The notes beneath the pieces are model-generated. The model did not search any database. It was not told the DNA's origin and saw only the letters and a program-made list of their open reading frames with translations. The position numbers and the translations under genes were made by a program. From the NCBI GenBank assembly GCA_973895155.1, contig OZ316897.1:21170260-21234259 (forward strand): a stretch of DNA of 64,000 nt, written 5' to 3'. Position 1 is the stretch's first letter; the number at the start of each line of letters is the position of its first letter. This document shows, piece by piece, positions 12,562 to 25,734 of the stretch. Source of the DNA: Marsupella aquatica (Eukaryota > Plantae > Marchantiophyta).

Positions 12562-15500
12562 TCAGAAGTAAATTTTGGGTGGAAGGGGAGTGGGCATGCT
12601 GGAGGCAGGGGTTCTACAAGAGGGGCACTGTCTATGTTTTGAGCTCCACAACGTTTTGGTGCACTTGTAACAGATATTAGCATGATTGCAGTCTTTCCAG
12701 TAGGCCCGCTGCTGATCCAGATGTTGTCCGAACTCATTCATGCAAATGATACACTCTTCCACCTGCACCCAATAAAGCCAGATGGAGACCCCATAACAAG
12801 GTCTCATTTGTCTGTTTCATAACTAGATATAGTTTGCTTCCTTTCAGTCATCCTAACCAAGATGACCTTCCCTGTTGGTTGGTAATCAAGGCAAATAATC
12901 CATGATTATATCCTAGATAACAAATGTGCCTTCACTGACGGTGGGGATGTCTGGACCCAAGAGATTCATGAAGATTTGCTTCATAAGAAATTTGCATATG
13001 TTAAGTAAATGTTGAGAGGGAGACACCACTATGATCAAATCTGGAAGACGAGAATTTTGTATAGGTGCACCACTTACCTCATCCCTCTTGAGCTTTTGGA
13101 TCTCCTCTCTTTGTTCCCTGATTTGTTTGGAAGCCTTCTGCAATTCCACGTTTTTGAGTTTGATTTCTGCATTTCGTTGCTCCAGTTGGTTAAGCAGATC
13201 TTTGCACAATTCTTCTAGTTCCTCCCCTTCAGACACTCCTGTCCTAAGCTTAGCAGATTGCTCCTCCCACCTCTGCCTCTCCATGATGAGATGCAGGGGA
13301 TGCCTATGGGAAACGAAATCCGCTACATCCGTCTTTTTGTGTTTCCCATTCCACATATCGCTTTCGCTTTGCGTCAACTTCCTAAACATGCCATCCGAAG
13401 GTCTCTCCATCTTTCCGGTGGGGGCCTGATGGCTCGAAGCCTTTTGTCTATCTTCTATTCTTCGTTTGAGATCCAAAGCTTGCAGTTCTACATGCAATTC
13501 CTCACTCAGAATAGCTTGAGTGGCTGCAATTTCTGATTTTACGCCTAAAGCCAGAAACTCTTGAAGTACTTGCTCAGATTGTAGCTCTGAATTACTCAGG
13601 ACAGTAGCAGCATGCGGGAATAACTCCTCCCTAAATGATCGTGCATCACTTGATATGGCCTTTGGAAATACTCCGTTGATGTCCCCTCTCTCCAAATGCA
13701 CATAAATGTCAACAATCTGCGACAACAGCTCTCTTGGATTGAACTCGTATTTCTCAGGATTATTAAGTCTAAGCATTCTCCGTTGAGGCCCAACCAATTG
13801 CATCAGGAAGTAGTTAAGCATTGAAGCAATTCTTTCCACCATCTCGGGAAGTAGGAAGGGAGCCGTTATTTCAGCAGAAGTGTAGCGCAACATTTTGACA
13901 TCCTCTTTTGCCAAAGTCATATCAATTCGTACAACATTCTCCTGTTGATGGAAAAATCGAGTTCGTTCCTGGGGAGTCGGACGCTCCCACTCGGCAGTAT
14001 TTTCCATCTCTGCCTCCATCTCTTTAAGTTCTGACATCTTATTCAAACTCTCTTCCAGAAGAGATGTACTGTCGTTGATCAGGAGATTGAGGAACTTCAA
14101 ATACGCTCCCCTTTCTTCAGTCACAGCAATCTGCTTCCAACAAGTACGGTGAGAGGGTACATCCCATAAGTATTCCAGAAGCTCTCCGATATTGTACCGA
14201 ATATTGAATTTGTCATAGAACTGTGTTTTAGAACCGGTGAACTCAATCTCTACATAAAGCTTGAGAAGGTTTGGCACCAGGTACTGCAATGCCAGCTGAT
14301 GCCCTTCGAGCAGGGAAGCCATCGAATTTCTTAACGCTGCTGAATCGCTCTTCGATGGCATCCAGGCACTTAAGACTTCCACCATTTTGGCCCGTAGGTA
14401 AGGATTTTTGACATGGAGAGGGCTTTCCATGAACATTACAATGAAACTCATGAATTCATCCAGAACCATTCCATCTAATGCCCTCGGAACTCGAGACGCA
14501 AAAAGGAGAAGTTCCAATGAGTCCTCGACAAAATGTTCAGGCATTGAAGCAAATTCCATAGGGCACGGAATAGGAAGAGGCATCTTGAAGCCCCCGACGA
14601 GGCTAACGAGCCAAACAATCATCAACCTGTAGAAGCTCAACGCGTTCTGAAGAAGAGCAGTATCCTTCGACAGCTGTGCCTCGTAGCAGTACCAGTCTTG
14701 GGAAAGACGTTCAACTAAAGCCATTCCCTGCATTGATTCCAAATTAGGAGGTGCTCTAACATCACGTAGCCATCTAAGGGTATTCAAAGCCTTTTTCTGC
14801 CGTGAAAGCTCCTGTGTGATAGACTTGAAGTTTGAAATGGCCTTCACCAGTCCCAGATTCAATACTCTCGCAGTCAGGAAGAAACACTCGCAGATAAAAC
14901 TGTAATTTCTTTGCTCCGGCCCCGAGCGGACTGGAACCAGTAAATGGTTCAAGCCATTGCTGGACGACGAAGTTGTGGCTTCGTGTGAATCCATACGTCT
15001 CATTTCTTCTTGCTCCTTCTGCTGCCGGAAACCTTCATTGCGAGATAGGTTGCTTTTATCGACCCATTCAGCGACTTCTTCCGAAGTAGCATGCAATCCA
15101 GTCAAAGAGCTGAAATCGATACGCCCTTTGTGCAGTACATACCCGGCATCTATTTTATCTCTTTTAGAAGAAGAGATGTCAAAGAAAGGTTTGCAGAGAC
15201 TCAGCATAACAGCACTCAAACACACGAACATACCATTGCTGGCATTCGTGAATGGGTTTGCCTGTAGGACTTCGCTTTTAACATTCTTCTGAATCAGGTC
15301 AGCAAAATATTGAAGAACGGATTCTCTGTTGTCCGCAGATTTCAGAAGCTTCAGCAGCAACTCGTGCAATCCTTCGTACAGCTGATGCATAACTGTCCTG
15401 ATCGTTGCAAAAGAAGAAATTATGTCCGAAGGCACCCGATAGCTGATATCGGCGAAGCACCGCTGTCCGACATTTGGTTCACCGTTGCCGAAAACGGGAT

Positions 15501-16302
15501 GGTCGGAAATAGTACTGATGTAGAAGAAGGGCCCTAAAATGCTGCCCACTTCCAACACTCTGCCATTCACGTGCTCGCCCTTGGGGTGCCATAAAGGATG
15601 GTTGACCAGCGCCGTGGCCAGAGGAGGATGCGACACCAGCATCACTAGAGCTCTCAACGGCCCTTGGAATGGACCTAGCGGAGAAAGTTTCGTGACACTT
15701 CGCTGCAAATCTCGAAAGACCGGATTGAAAATGTCACCTAGTTTCTCTGCTTCGAAGAAATTGATGAAGTCGTCAAGAAATCCGGGCGGCAAAGTCGGCC
15801 TACTCGCCCCGACGCCGCTAGTGCCCGGATCGGTCCCCACTGACGGGGAGATATCCGCAAGAATGTGCCCCAACAAATCTGAATGACCGTCATTCGCAGC
15901 CTCACAACCAGGATACAGGCATACATTCCCCACATGCGAGACGCAAAGGTCCCTAACCTGGCCCAACGTGTACTGAACCTCTGCGAGAATCTGCTTGTCT
16001 TTCATGTTTTGCAACTTCCGATGTTCATCTAAAGCTCTCCAGTAGCATCCCACTAAATACACAAATGGCATCTCTCCCCCTCCCAAAAGCCTCGCCATCA
16101 ACACCCTCTCGAGCACATCCCTGTTCAGCGCCAAATTCTTCCCCTCACTCAGCAGCTCAGCGGCTAGCAATTCCAGGTACATGTACTCATGAGCTATTGT
16201 TCCTGCTCCTCCATGCTGCTGCTGCACGAGCGTCACCAGCAAAACCTTCCTCAAAATGAAATCCTCGACCTTCTCTATCCTGCTTAGCATTTCCGCCATC
16301 AC
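12562..16302 (-). CDS. UFD2: Chimeric UFD2/UBE4 core (intronless retrocopy lacking the U-box) fused to coiled-coil + RING-HC (family copy 2)
   Basis: Uninterrupted exon 16302-13078 has UFD2 motifs (EDFILRKVLLVTL, SFICECFFLTARVLNLG, NPYLRAKMVEVL, EFTGSKTQFYDKFNIRYNI, NLLINDS, NPEKYEFNPRELL). It switches at ~13499 to LHVELQALDLK..., homologous to copy 1. Donor GAG|GTAAGT at 13077; RING exon 12762-12562. Confidence 0.9.
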
Positions 16303-17549
16303 TCCACCTCTGTCTCGACAATCTCTCTCTCAATAATCCTCCCCGTAAACCGAATTCAACACCTGTCCGTGCCCACGTTTCGCCTGCCTTCCGTCCTCAT
16401 TCCGTCCTCCTTCCACCAATGCACGATGGATTACCTACAGTAGGTGCCATTCCCGTTGGCGCACTAAATATAGAACTCCTGAAATTCTGGCCTCTAATGA
16501 CAAAATATTTGGGGTCCTTGTGAATCCTTCGAATTTTTTCCCCTGTGTGAAAGATGGCCTTCCTTACATGAAACGGCAATTGAGATTGAATGTTAATGGT
16601 ATACGGTTCACAAATTGGCGATCGCTGTAACTAAGAAACAAAAAGCACAAAAAATATAAACTTCGCATGCGTTTGGCAAGGGTTGAGTTTTTTTCCTGGG
16701 AGAAAATGAGGCTTTAGATGCATTTGGTATAAGATAATTGGCTGAGAATTCGAGAAAATGACCAAGTCTTTCTTAGATCAAAAGTCAACTGATTCCATAC
16801 GAACGTGAGGCTGAATAAGAGAGCTGATGCGATCCCCCACGCCACAAGCTTTGGTCTGCTTGGCTTGCCGGCCCACCCGACCAAGAGGAGGACTCAGGTG
16901 GATTCGAAAAGAAGAGAAACAAAGGCAGCACTCGGTTTCACTCCACTAACGAGGGGCGGGTTTGGCACATGACCCAATTGCCTTTGCATTCAGGATTCTA
17001 TTCGGACAGAGCAAGTACAAATGGGATGGAACTGTTCAAAAAGGATGATTTTTTTTGTTGGTTTTGAGTGCAACCTTTGCTGATAAGTAAAATGCATTCA
17101 AAAAGGATTTTGATTCAGTCCAATAGAAGATCAGAGTTTTTGAAGCTGTGAAACGGAGTCGCATCACCATAGACAGGACTCATCATAACATGCACTTAGA
17201 TAGGGGACTTTGTCAGGACTTACAACAACTTCTACAAATTGTAGCTGAATCAGCCTTTCTCGTGAATTGAAATCAATCTAAATATCTCAGTTGTAAATGT
17301 CGTAGCATCCATCATCCAAAGACTGAAGCAGGTAACACCCTTGTTCCACAAATATTTTGCATTCAATGTAGAGCCCATAAGTTCAAATCCCAACCTTAGT
17401 AAGGAATGCTTCTTAATAAAGTCCACTGCTCGCCAATAAGGGCGAGGGACGGAGCTTACTTCATCGCTAGGGATCCTGCCCGTCTGGATTGCTGTCCAAG
17501 GAAGATCCCTTAACATGTCTGCCTTTTTCTTCTCTTGGGTAGCTTCTTC

Positions 17550-17722
17550 TTCATTTGCACCCTCTTGCACATGAGTTTCCACTCTTTCAGCCTCTTGCAG
17601 GTGAGTTTACAGCTCTCCCTCTGGAGTTTCCACTTGTCTCCCTCCAAATTCCACTTCTGCCTCTCAGCATTGTGTAACTTCGGTAGCTCTTGCCTTGTTT
17701 CTTTATACGAATCTGTGGGAGC
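17550..17722 (-). pseudogene. Orphan 5' coiled-coil fragment of the RING-family gene interrupted by the UFD2 insertion
   Basis: PTDSYKETRQELPKLHNAERQKW...KRLKEWKLMCKRVQ closely matches copy 1 (8355-8190). Confidence 0.75.
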
Positions 17723-17834
17723 TACAATTGCCTGTTGTTTACGTGGAGAGCTGTCTTTTGGTTCTCTGCAAGGAGTAAAGCATTTCCGGGCCTCCGTCCC
17801 ACGTTTCGTAAAGAAACATAACAATAACAACTAA

Positions 17835-18030
17835 TGGTTACAGATGGTCCATCCAAGTTATGCAAGTTGTTGTGATCGATCCATCCACGCTGCTCTTTAT
17901 ACTACTGTGAAATTTACAAGGTAACGCAACGACTGTGGCAGAACAGTGGCGCTTTCTGAGACAAATCAATAACGGGATCAATGATACCCATTTTCAACAA
18001 CTTCAAGTCTTCAGTGTTGGACCGACCGAT
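17835..18030 (-). repeat. Inverted duplicate of 10250-10455 (upstream region of RING copy 1)
   Basis: 'cattttcaacaacttcaagtcttcagtgttggaccgaccgat' (17989-18030) is the reverse complement of 10251-10292 with 2 mismatches. Similarity extends to the 'ccatccaagttat' segment. Confidence 0.8.
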
Positions 18031-20064
18031 AAACTGTGAACCATTGAACCTGCATCGTTGTTTTCAGCCGAGCTAACCTGCCCTGTGACTCAGATCATAT
18101 TCCCTAATTACTACAGGACGGACGACAGAAGCCCGACTATCCCCACCGTTCTCATCTTTTCGTGCTCGTGTTCCCTACTTCCCTTCCTAGAGAAAATCAC
18201 CAGTGTGACCGAGAAACGATTACACTTGCAGGTCGATGATGAGACACTGCGAAACTTACGGCACTTCTTGGGCTGAAGAAGGCGCTGGCTTCAATTCAGT
18301 CGAGGATTCTAAGCTCACACGATTTTGACCCTTGTCACTTTTGATCCTTTTATTCCTCAGTTCTTCTTCTTTGGCGTCTAGTACGCGTGTGCTCATGGTG
18401 TAATGGTTCCGAATCTTGAAGCTCTTAGATCCGATTTCTTTTTAAGAAATTGCGGCAGGTATGAGCACCCGTACGAGCATTTATATGCCCTTTGCATGTC
18501 GACGCGCGTGTCTCGACGCGCATGGGAGGGAATGTCCAGAGCTGCAGCAAGGCGCGGTGTGTGGCTGCGTCGCCGGGGTGGTTTCATGTTGGCAGAAAAG
18601 GCAAAACATTGGCGCTCACTAAAATGACGTGGTCCTGAAACAAATTTTGGAGGCGCCCCAGAACTCATTTAGGGATTTGGAGACCGGATGCGAGCCAGAA
18701 AACACTGCTGGTCGCATGTGAGCTGCCCTGAAGAATGCGGCCCTCAACCTGACTCATGCTTGAGTGACGGAGAGTTACTTGCCTGAACCCTCTCCTGAGC
18801 CACGGCTGGCAGCAAAAAATTTGGAGTTCCCAAGGGCCCAAGGGCAAGGGCTGGAAATTTTCCTGCCCTCGAGGTCCCGACCTCAAAATTTATAATCAAA
18901 CAAGAGCACGGACGTGACACATGTTGTTCGACTCTGCCTTCTTTGTATTTGCCAGTCACCCTGCAATTCATGGAACCAAGTGCTTGAAGCAAGAATCGCA
19001 GCACTCAAGCTTTTCCCCTGTCCAAAGAACTGAGTTCAATTTACAAGTTCAATTTGCCACAATTCAGGCACTCATCGCAAACGATTCGAAGCTGAAGTTG
19101 TGGGAAATGACGATACTCATGCTCTGTACACACTGCAATTCATAAAAACACTTGAAGCTCAGTACTGAAGCTGCGCCCATCTCCAGACAGCACTAACTAC
19201 GCAAGAACAAGAGCACACATTGTGGCGATCTTGATTATGCGAGCTCAGCGCACTCCAGGCTCAATTCCGCTGTATACCAGAAGCAGAACGACGGCACCGA
19301 GCCCTGGCAGTACCTTCTATCCAGCATTTTCTTCTCGCAACATTTCTCTCAATCAACGCGGCTTTGTGTTGATGTGCTTTGTGCCTATTTCCTTCGGAAG
19401 ATTGTTGCGTTGATTGTGCATTTCTCTCACCACACAAATGCATTTCATTCACTTCCATTCCATGCAGCTGAATTCCTTTCAAGTGTGGCAGCCCTTTGCA
19501 ATACGTCAAGCTTTTTAGGCAGTGACAACTTGAGGGGCTCAGGAAGTCACCACCGAGCAGCTCTGGAGCTCTACCTGGCTTTCCAGGTTTCCCAGTTCTC
19601 TCAGTAGGATGATTGTTGGTCTTCTAGGCTACCTTGTGGTTTCTTTGGTTTGTTCCCTTTTGGTTGTGGGGGGCCTCTTGGCGGGATGGGCCTTTTGGTC
19701 TTCCTTTAGGTCTTCCATTTGGTCTTCCTTTTGGTCTTCTCAGGGGTTTTTCCCTCCCTTCAGGAGAAAGTGGCCTTTTGGTCTTCTTAGGGGTTTCTTT
19801 CCCTCTCTTCAGGAGAAAGAGAACCCAAATTTAGAAATGAGGGAAAAACAAAGTACAACGAAAGCATTGTTTTGACTTTGGGACCCTGAGTCTCCCTGTT
19901 AGGCGTTTTTGTTCTTTTGCACTAATATGAGCAGCAGTGCAAGTGAGATGGAAGTTACTGGTACAAGAGCACATGTGCATTGGTGCAAGAACGAAGGTTT
20001 ATGGCACTTTGCAGGTACACAAAATGCAGGGCCAATAATGTCCCTGTAAAGTGTGCCCTTTATA

Positions 20065-20182
20065 AGCCCTTGACTATACGATCATGATTCATACCATGCC
20101 CACTTAGTCGACATAATCCAGATGTGTTTCACCTCTTCTCCAAGGCTACGTCCACACGAACATGAAAAACTTTATTTCAAGA

Positions 20183-20231
<49 letters not shown>

Positions 20232-20390
20232 ATTACAATAAGCAAACACTAATGTACCAGTGGCTTACACTAGCCCTGGTATATACAAGGTCACTTACAA
20301 CTAACCTAATCTCAGCTAAGTCCTAACTGTGGTTAGACTAATTGTTGTAATCTATGAGTCACAAGACTAAGAGCAATATTTAGCCTGAGC
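20065..20390 (-). mobile_element. Degenerate Copia-type LTR fragment, same family as 58113-58459
   Basis: Its reverse complement aligns with 58120-58450 (atattgctc.tagtcttgtgactcat ... gtggacgtagcct ... gaggtgaa ... gtcgacta). Contains a (CT)n tract at 20186-20228. Confidence 0.7.
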
Positions 20391-20460
20391 GTCAGGTTGG
20401 CTGCCCCTTAACTTCTTGGCTTGAACCCCAACTTGGGCCCCAAATCTGAATACCAAAAAC

Positions 20461-20497
20461 CCTAACCTAACCTAACCTAACCTAACCTAACCTAACC
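20461..20497. repeat. (CCTAA)n / TTAGG telomere-like pentamer, ~7 copies
   Basis: cctaacctaacctaacctaacctaacctaacctaacc read directly. Confidence 0.9.
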
Positions 20498-22688
20498 CTC
20501 AATTTGTACCAAAGTCCCAATGGCCTCCTTAGGTTACGCCCTAACTTCCTTAACCCTTATGTAACCCTCCAATAACTGCAACAACAATTGAGGCCTCATG
20601 AAATTGCTTAGCCCCTAAATATAAAGGCCCAACACTACAGACATGCAAAAATTTTAGCTACTTTCTTGGGAAAAATTAAAATGACTATATATTCTCTGTG
20701 AATCCGTGTGTACCAATTGCCACATGTCCTGTGCATGGGCAAAAAACCTTAACTTTCTTAGAGAACTTCATGGAATATGACCCATTTGATGAGGGCCTAT
20801 TTTTCTTTAAAGCAGACCCAAAAATTTAATGGACCCTATTGTTCTTCCACAAAACTTTGGAAGTCTTCCTAGGTAGGATCATTTAAATGACCCTATACTT
20901 TGTCGCATATGATGTGACACTTCCGTGGAAGTGACCGCCCCTCTGGAGGTTTAAAGACCCTATATGCTTTGAATTCTTTAAAAAATATTCTTATAGAGCA
21001 AAACAAATGACCCTAATTATGTTTTGTTGTACTTGATGTGTCATTTTTGGGGAAATGAAACCCTTGAGATCTTTGGTCTATACCAGGGTTTCGAAGGACT
21101 AGTATATCATTTGGTAATAATCCTGTACACCCACTTTGGTGGAAAACTGGAAGTGAGTGTCTATGGTACTCACTATTGTCACTCAACAATGCTATAACCA
21201 AAGTACAAGACGCCATAAACACAAGTCAGATAAGTTACAAATGTAACTCCAAATGTAACACCCTACATAATAGTAGTCCCATCATAGACCAAAACTATAA
21301 TTTGCTGCCTCTGTTGTTAATGCAAACTGTAGGCACCACGGAAGGTGGTCCGCGGTAAAAATTTGTTGCTGGGCAGATGGTCAAAAGTTAGGGCAAGAGG
21401 TATAGAAGGAGTTGGCCGCAGTGTGAAAGTTGCAATGAGTATGTCCAATCATTTTAGTGCACTGCACTCCTACCAAAACTTGCAAACCCAAATCTCTTTC
21501 CCTCCTCCCTACCCTTCAGCTCCCTTCCCGTACCCCAACAATTCACAAGTTTCCCTTTTTCCCTCCCTGACTCCCCACATCACTTTCTATTTTCTTTTAT
21601 CTTCTCCTTTGTTTAATTGGTTTGATGAGGCTCATTGGAATTGTTCTGGAAATCCATTTTTCTTCAAAATTTGTATAGTGAGTACTAAGTCCTAAGTTAG
21701 TCAAATCTCATCCCAAACAGAGTTGAGATGACAAAGTTATGGCTACAAGCTCTCTTGATGCAACTTAGGACGATACCCAAGTAGGACAGAAATAACATTA
21801 TGAAAACTAAAATTAAAAAAAACACCTCACAAACATATATTACAGTCATATACATGCACATTGTCACCTGCCATCTGTCAATTAAAAATATCTAACAGTT
21901 GGCACCTTGCCTTGTGACCATGGTGCACTGTAGTCCACCGGCCTCCTTGTTAGCCTTGATCTCATGCATCAATCAATCAGATCCAATGGCTATAGGACCT
22001 CTCAGAATTTTTCAAGGCTTTCTAAGGTCTTTTCAGAGTGTCCCTTATGGGAAATCCCATGGTTTAGAAAAATTCAAAGGATAAATCTGATGGCATGGAA
22101 TTATTCCCTTCTCTTTTTATTTTTTCTAAACAAAAACTACCTGCTCTCTTGACCTTAGATCCATAGTTTTTGACATTAAATATTAGTTCCACAGAAGGAA
22201 TTAATTGTGCAAGGGAACATCTTGCCTTTGCTTTTTCTACTTACTGCAACATTAATCCATATACTTAAAGAAGTTATTGTCACCTTTAGGAATAATATCT
22301 GTATTTCCTCATATCATTAAAATATATTAATAATTATTTTAATTTGCCAGAGTACAAGACACGGAAGCAAGTTCGAGCATGCAATATGCTATATCTAATT
22401 TCTTATATTTTCGTGATAATTCAACAAAATAAAAATGAACACTAAGAGTGGGCGAGTGACTTTCAAGCAAATGAGCGTCATTTCCAATGTCATTTAGACA
22501 CTTTGCAAGTGCCTAGTCAGGCCCATAAACCACCACTTGTCTGCACCTTACTTGTCAATGAGGGCCACCTTCCAATGGCTAGGCCAGGTGCCCCAGAATA
22601 TATGCATGTTATCATGAGGTGCTCCGCAATGCAGGATTTTTTCAAGTCCTTTTTTGCCCGTGAAAGAGTGTATTAACATGCAGTAAGC

Positions 22689-22805
22689 AAGTTGCCTACA
22701 AAAGAATCTAGCAGTAAAGACCAAGAGAAGGAGAACCAAAAACTTTAAGTTGCCTACAAAAGAATCTAGCAGTAAAGACCAAGAGAAGGAGAACCAAAAA
22801 CTTTT
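22689..22805. repeat. ~59-bp direct tandem duplication
   Basis: aagttgcctacaaaagaatctagcagtaaagaccaagagaaggagaaccaaaaacttt occurs twice. Confidence 0.9.
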
Positions 22806-24405
22806 TTGTTTTATAATCTTATGTATAAAGCCAGAAAGGGAGCTATAGTTGAGTTCTAGGCTTCTAGAGTGAAGTCTATAGACAGTGACTCTAGAGCCCC
22901 ACCATAAAATATGTACATAGAAAAGAGGATGCTATATATATATATATATATATAACGTGAAGGGAAGCTAGAGTTGAAGTTTAGAGAGTGAAACCTCTAG
23001 ACCGCAACTCTAGGGCCCCACCATATATGTGCATAGAAAGGAGAATGTCATAATATGTATGATTGTTAAAATGATGGGGCCAGGCATGGTGGTTTTTTTT
23101 TATCAGACATTTCATTCACCTTCAAAGAATGGGAATAGTAAATATATTTGTTGACACTTTATTGTCCTCTCCACTATTATAGGAATCATGTTCTTTGACG
23201 GGTGTCGGGGCTAATATAAAGTAAAAAGAGAAGAGAAGGAAACAACACAACACTTGTGCATGGACAAAGAATTAAACAATTTGAAGAGATGACACACACG
23301 ACTACTTCAATGCTTACATTCCTCAATGTTGCTAGCATATTGCTCCGACCAGAAAAATTCCTGGGGTCCTCACTTTTTGTCTTCTGACTCATCATGCACA
23401 AATAAGTTTAAGGTGCTTTAATTGAATTTCATGAAAGACATACATTTTTGTGGGCAAACATTAGAGGTTTTCATCCAGACAGTTTTGAGCAATCAAGAAA
23501 AGACAGGCATTTTACAAGTAGTTTTGGAAGATTCCAAAATTATTCCAAAAATATGGGGTTAGAAATGAGGTTAAAAACCAACACAAGGATTAACAAGGTG
23601 CTTGGATGAACTCATAGTACCTGGATTGAGACAAACCAAGCATCACTACCTTATACAGTCTGTGTAACAGTACTCATGAGTTTATGATTCATTTCATATA
23701 TCACCCTATTCATTAAAACTGGAATTTCTCTAGTCCAGAAGTTGACCTTCAAATTTCTTATTTTACCCCCAAAAGTTCTATAACTTGTTCCCCAAAAGCA
23801 TACATTTTAGTTGCCAAATATACACTTTTTGAGGTCTAAAATTACAATTCTAATGCCCAAATTATTAATTAAATAATTCAGTTATCAATTATTAATACTT
23901 ATTAATTAAAAGACATTAAAGTGTTCTTATTATATACAATATAAACAATGAAAAAATAGAATAAGACAATATAATAAATTGAAATGACCCTGATAACCAA
24001 GTTACACAAAGTAACACGGAAGGTAAACCGGTGATGTATTATAAAAGTAAAAAACCTATTTTTACAGGGCCGAGACCACGTCTGCCCCAATGCAGGCTCT
24101 AGATGGTTTTGACCGGTTGTTGAATGTATATCAATTACTATGTAAAAATCTATGTCAAGATTATCTCGACCCAAATGTAGGGTCCACATAATTTTGACCC
24201 CTTGTTGAATCTATATCTCTAGCTATTCCCTTTGTATAGGGTCTAGACCCAAATAACCTTTTTCTGAGAACATATCTACAAGTAAATGAGGATCAACAGC
24301 ATCTAGACTCAAATGGATACTACGCATAGCTTCACTCTTTTTTCGAGTAAGAATATGTATATGTACAACTCACATCGTAACTGTTCAGTGTAGGGTCGAG
24401 ATAAT

Positions 24406-25680
24406 CTAGACCCAAATCTCATGCTCCTCCACCCCGCAGAATTCATTTGAGCAAGTAAACCTAGACCCTGACGGGTCATATTTCATATCGCGATTACAGA
24501 AATTGAGAGGCTTTCTATTCCAGAACTTTGTTGTGAGGTCCCTACACCTCAAGACTTCCAAAACAAATCCCCGATGATTGTCTCTGTAGGGTCTTGTGTA
24601 CTGATATCCAATTAATGTCTTTGCAAGGTCGTTGATCGCCTCCTCCGTCAATTCCTCCATTGGTGGTAATTTTTGCACTTCATTTTTGATATCCCAAGGA
24701 ATTTCGTCCGCTGTGACATCCAAGACTGTATGGAAAACGGAATGAACCCATACCATACTACCCCACCGCTCCGTCAACAATGCATAAATGGAAGCCTGTT
24801 GATCTCTGTCCGATAAAACATTTATCATAGACCACTTTGGATGATTGATAAAAAGATAGTGCTGAAGATTGAAGGCATGATACAATTTCCTGAGCAGAGG
24901 CCACAGTATTTCTGGAAAGAATGTATCATCCGTGGAGTGATGCGAAAATGAGGAAGGAAACAACCCACAATTCTTTGGATTTGCAAACGCCTTCATTGGA
25001 GTGTCATCAAGAAGGAGTGTATTAGTTTCGTCATATAATCCACCATAACGTTTCCAAACAACCCTCAAATCCTTCAAAAGAATATTTGCCTTCCCATCGG
25101 TAATGTCAGGCCTCTGGATTCCAGTATCGAATGTATCTTCTTGAGTGAGAATAAACTTGAATTGCTCTCTCTCTTCTTGATTGAAGATCAAATGAATCAT
25201 TTCATCCGTCTTGGGTTTCCTTGCACAAGTCCAAATGGCAACATCAAATAATGAAAAAGCTGCGATTAAGAACTCGTGAAGATGGGGTCGCTCAACATAC
25301 ATAAAGTTAAACCCTCCACGTCTCCCCCAGTGGACACCATTGACACTTGTCGCACTACGGCGCGGTCCGGAACTTGGCGTTTTGACAGAATCCCAGCACA
25401 TTTTGTTGAGGTCAAGAATCAATAGCTTCCGTCTGATCGGACCGTGAAGTGGAGGCAAGGGTCCTGCAAAGTACGAACACCAACGTTAGAATTGTGGGAG
25501 ATAAAACAAAGGAATGCTCGAGACGATCTCGAGCATCACAAGTGAATGAACAACAGTCAACATCATACCTGTTATTTGTGGAAGGTCAGTAGTTGAAGAA
25601 ATCTCAGGACATCTTCGGAGATTATTGTCGACGCACTCCACAATTTGTAAGGGCCCGCCTATTTCTGTGAAGGTAGACAT
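24406..25680 (-). CDS. FCP1/NIF-family HAD phosphatase-like protein (transposon cargo)
   Basis: Exon 25680-25569 (ATG; donor G|GTATG) and exon 25463-24406 (acceptor CTTTGCAG|) join in frame. Motifs KLLILDLNK, ERPHLHEFL, FDVAIWT, LLKDLRVVW, NTLLLDDTPMKAFANP. Confidence 0.8.
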
Positions 25681-25734
25681 AATAATTTAGACGGCTGAAT
25701 TTCCGGACAGTTCAAACTAACTTGGGTTTCAACC

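Noticed and set aside
19897-20919. Larger solo LTR (TGTTAG...TGACA with ctccc/cttcc flanks)
   Set aside because: The TSD is imperfect and the boundaries disagree with the 58-kb family member; not supportable.
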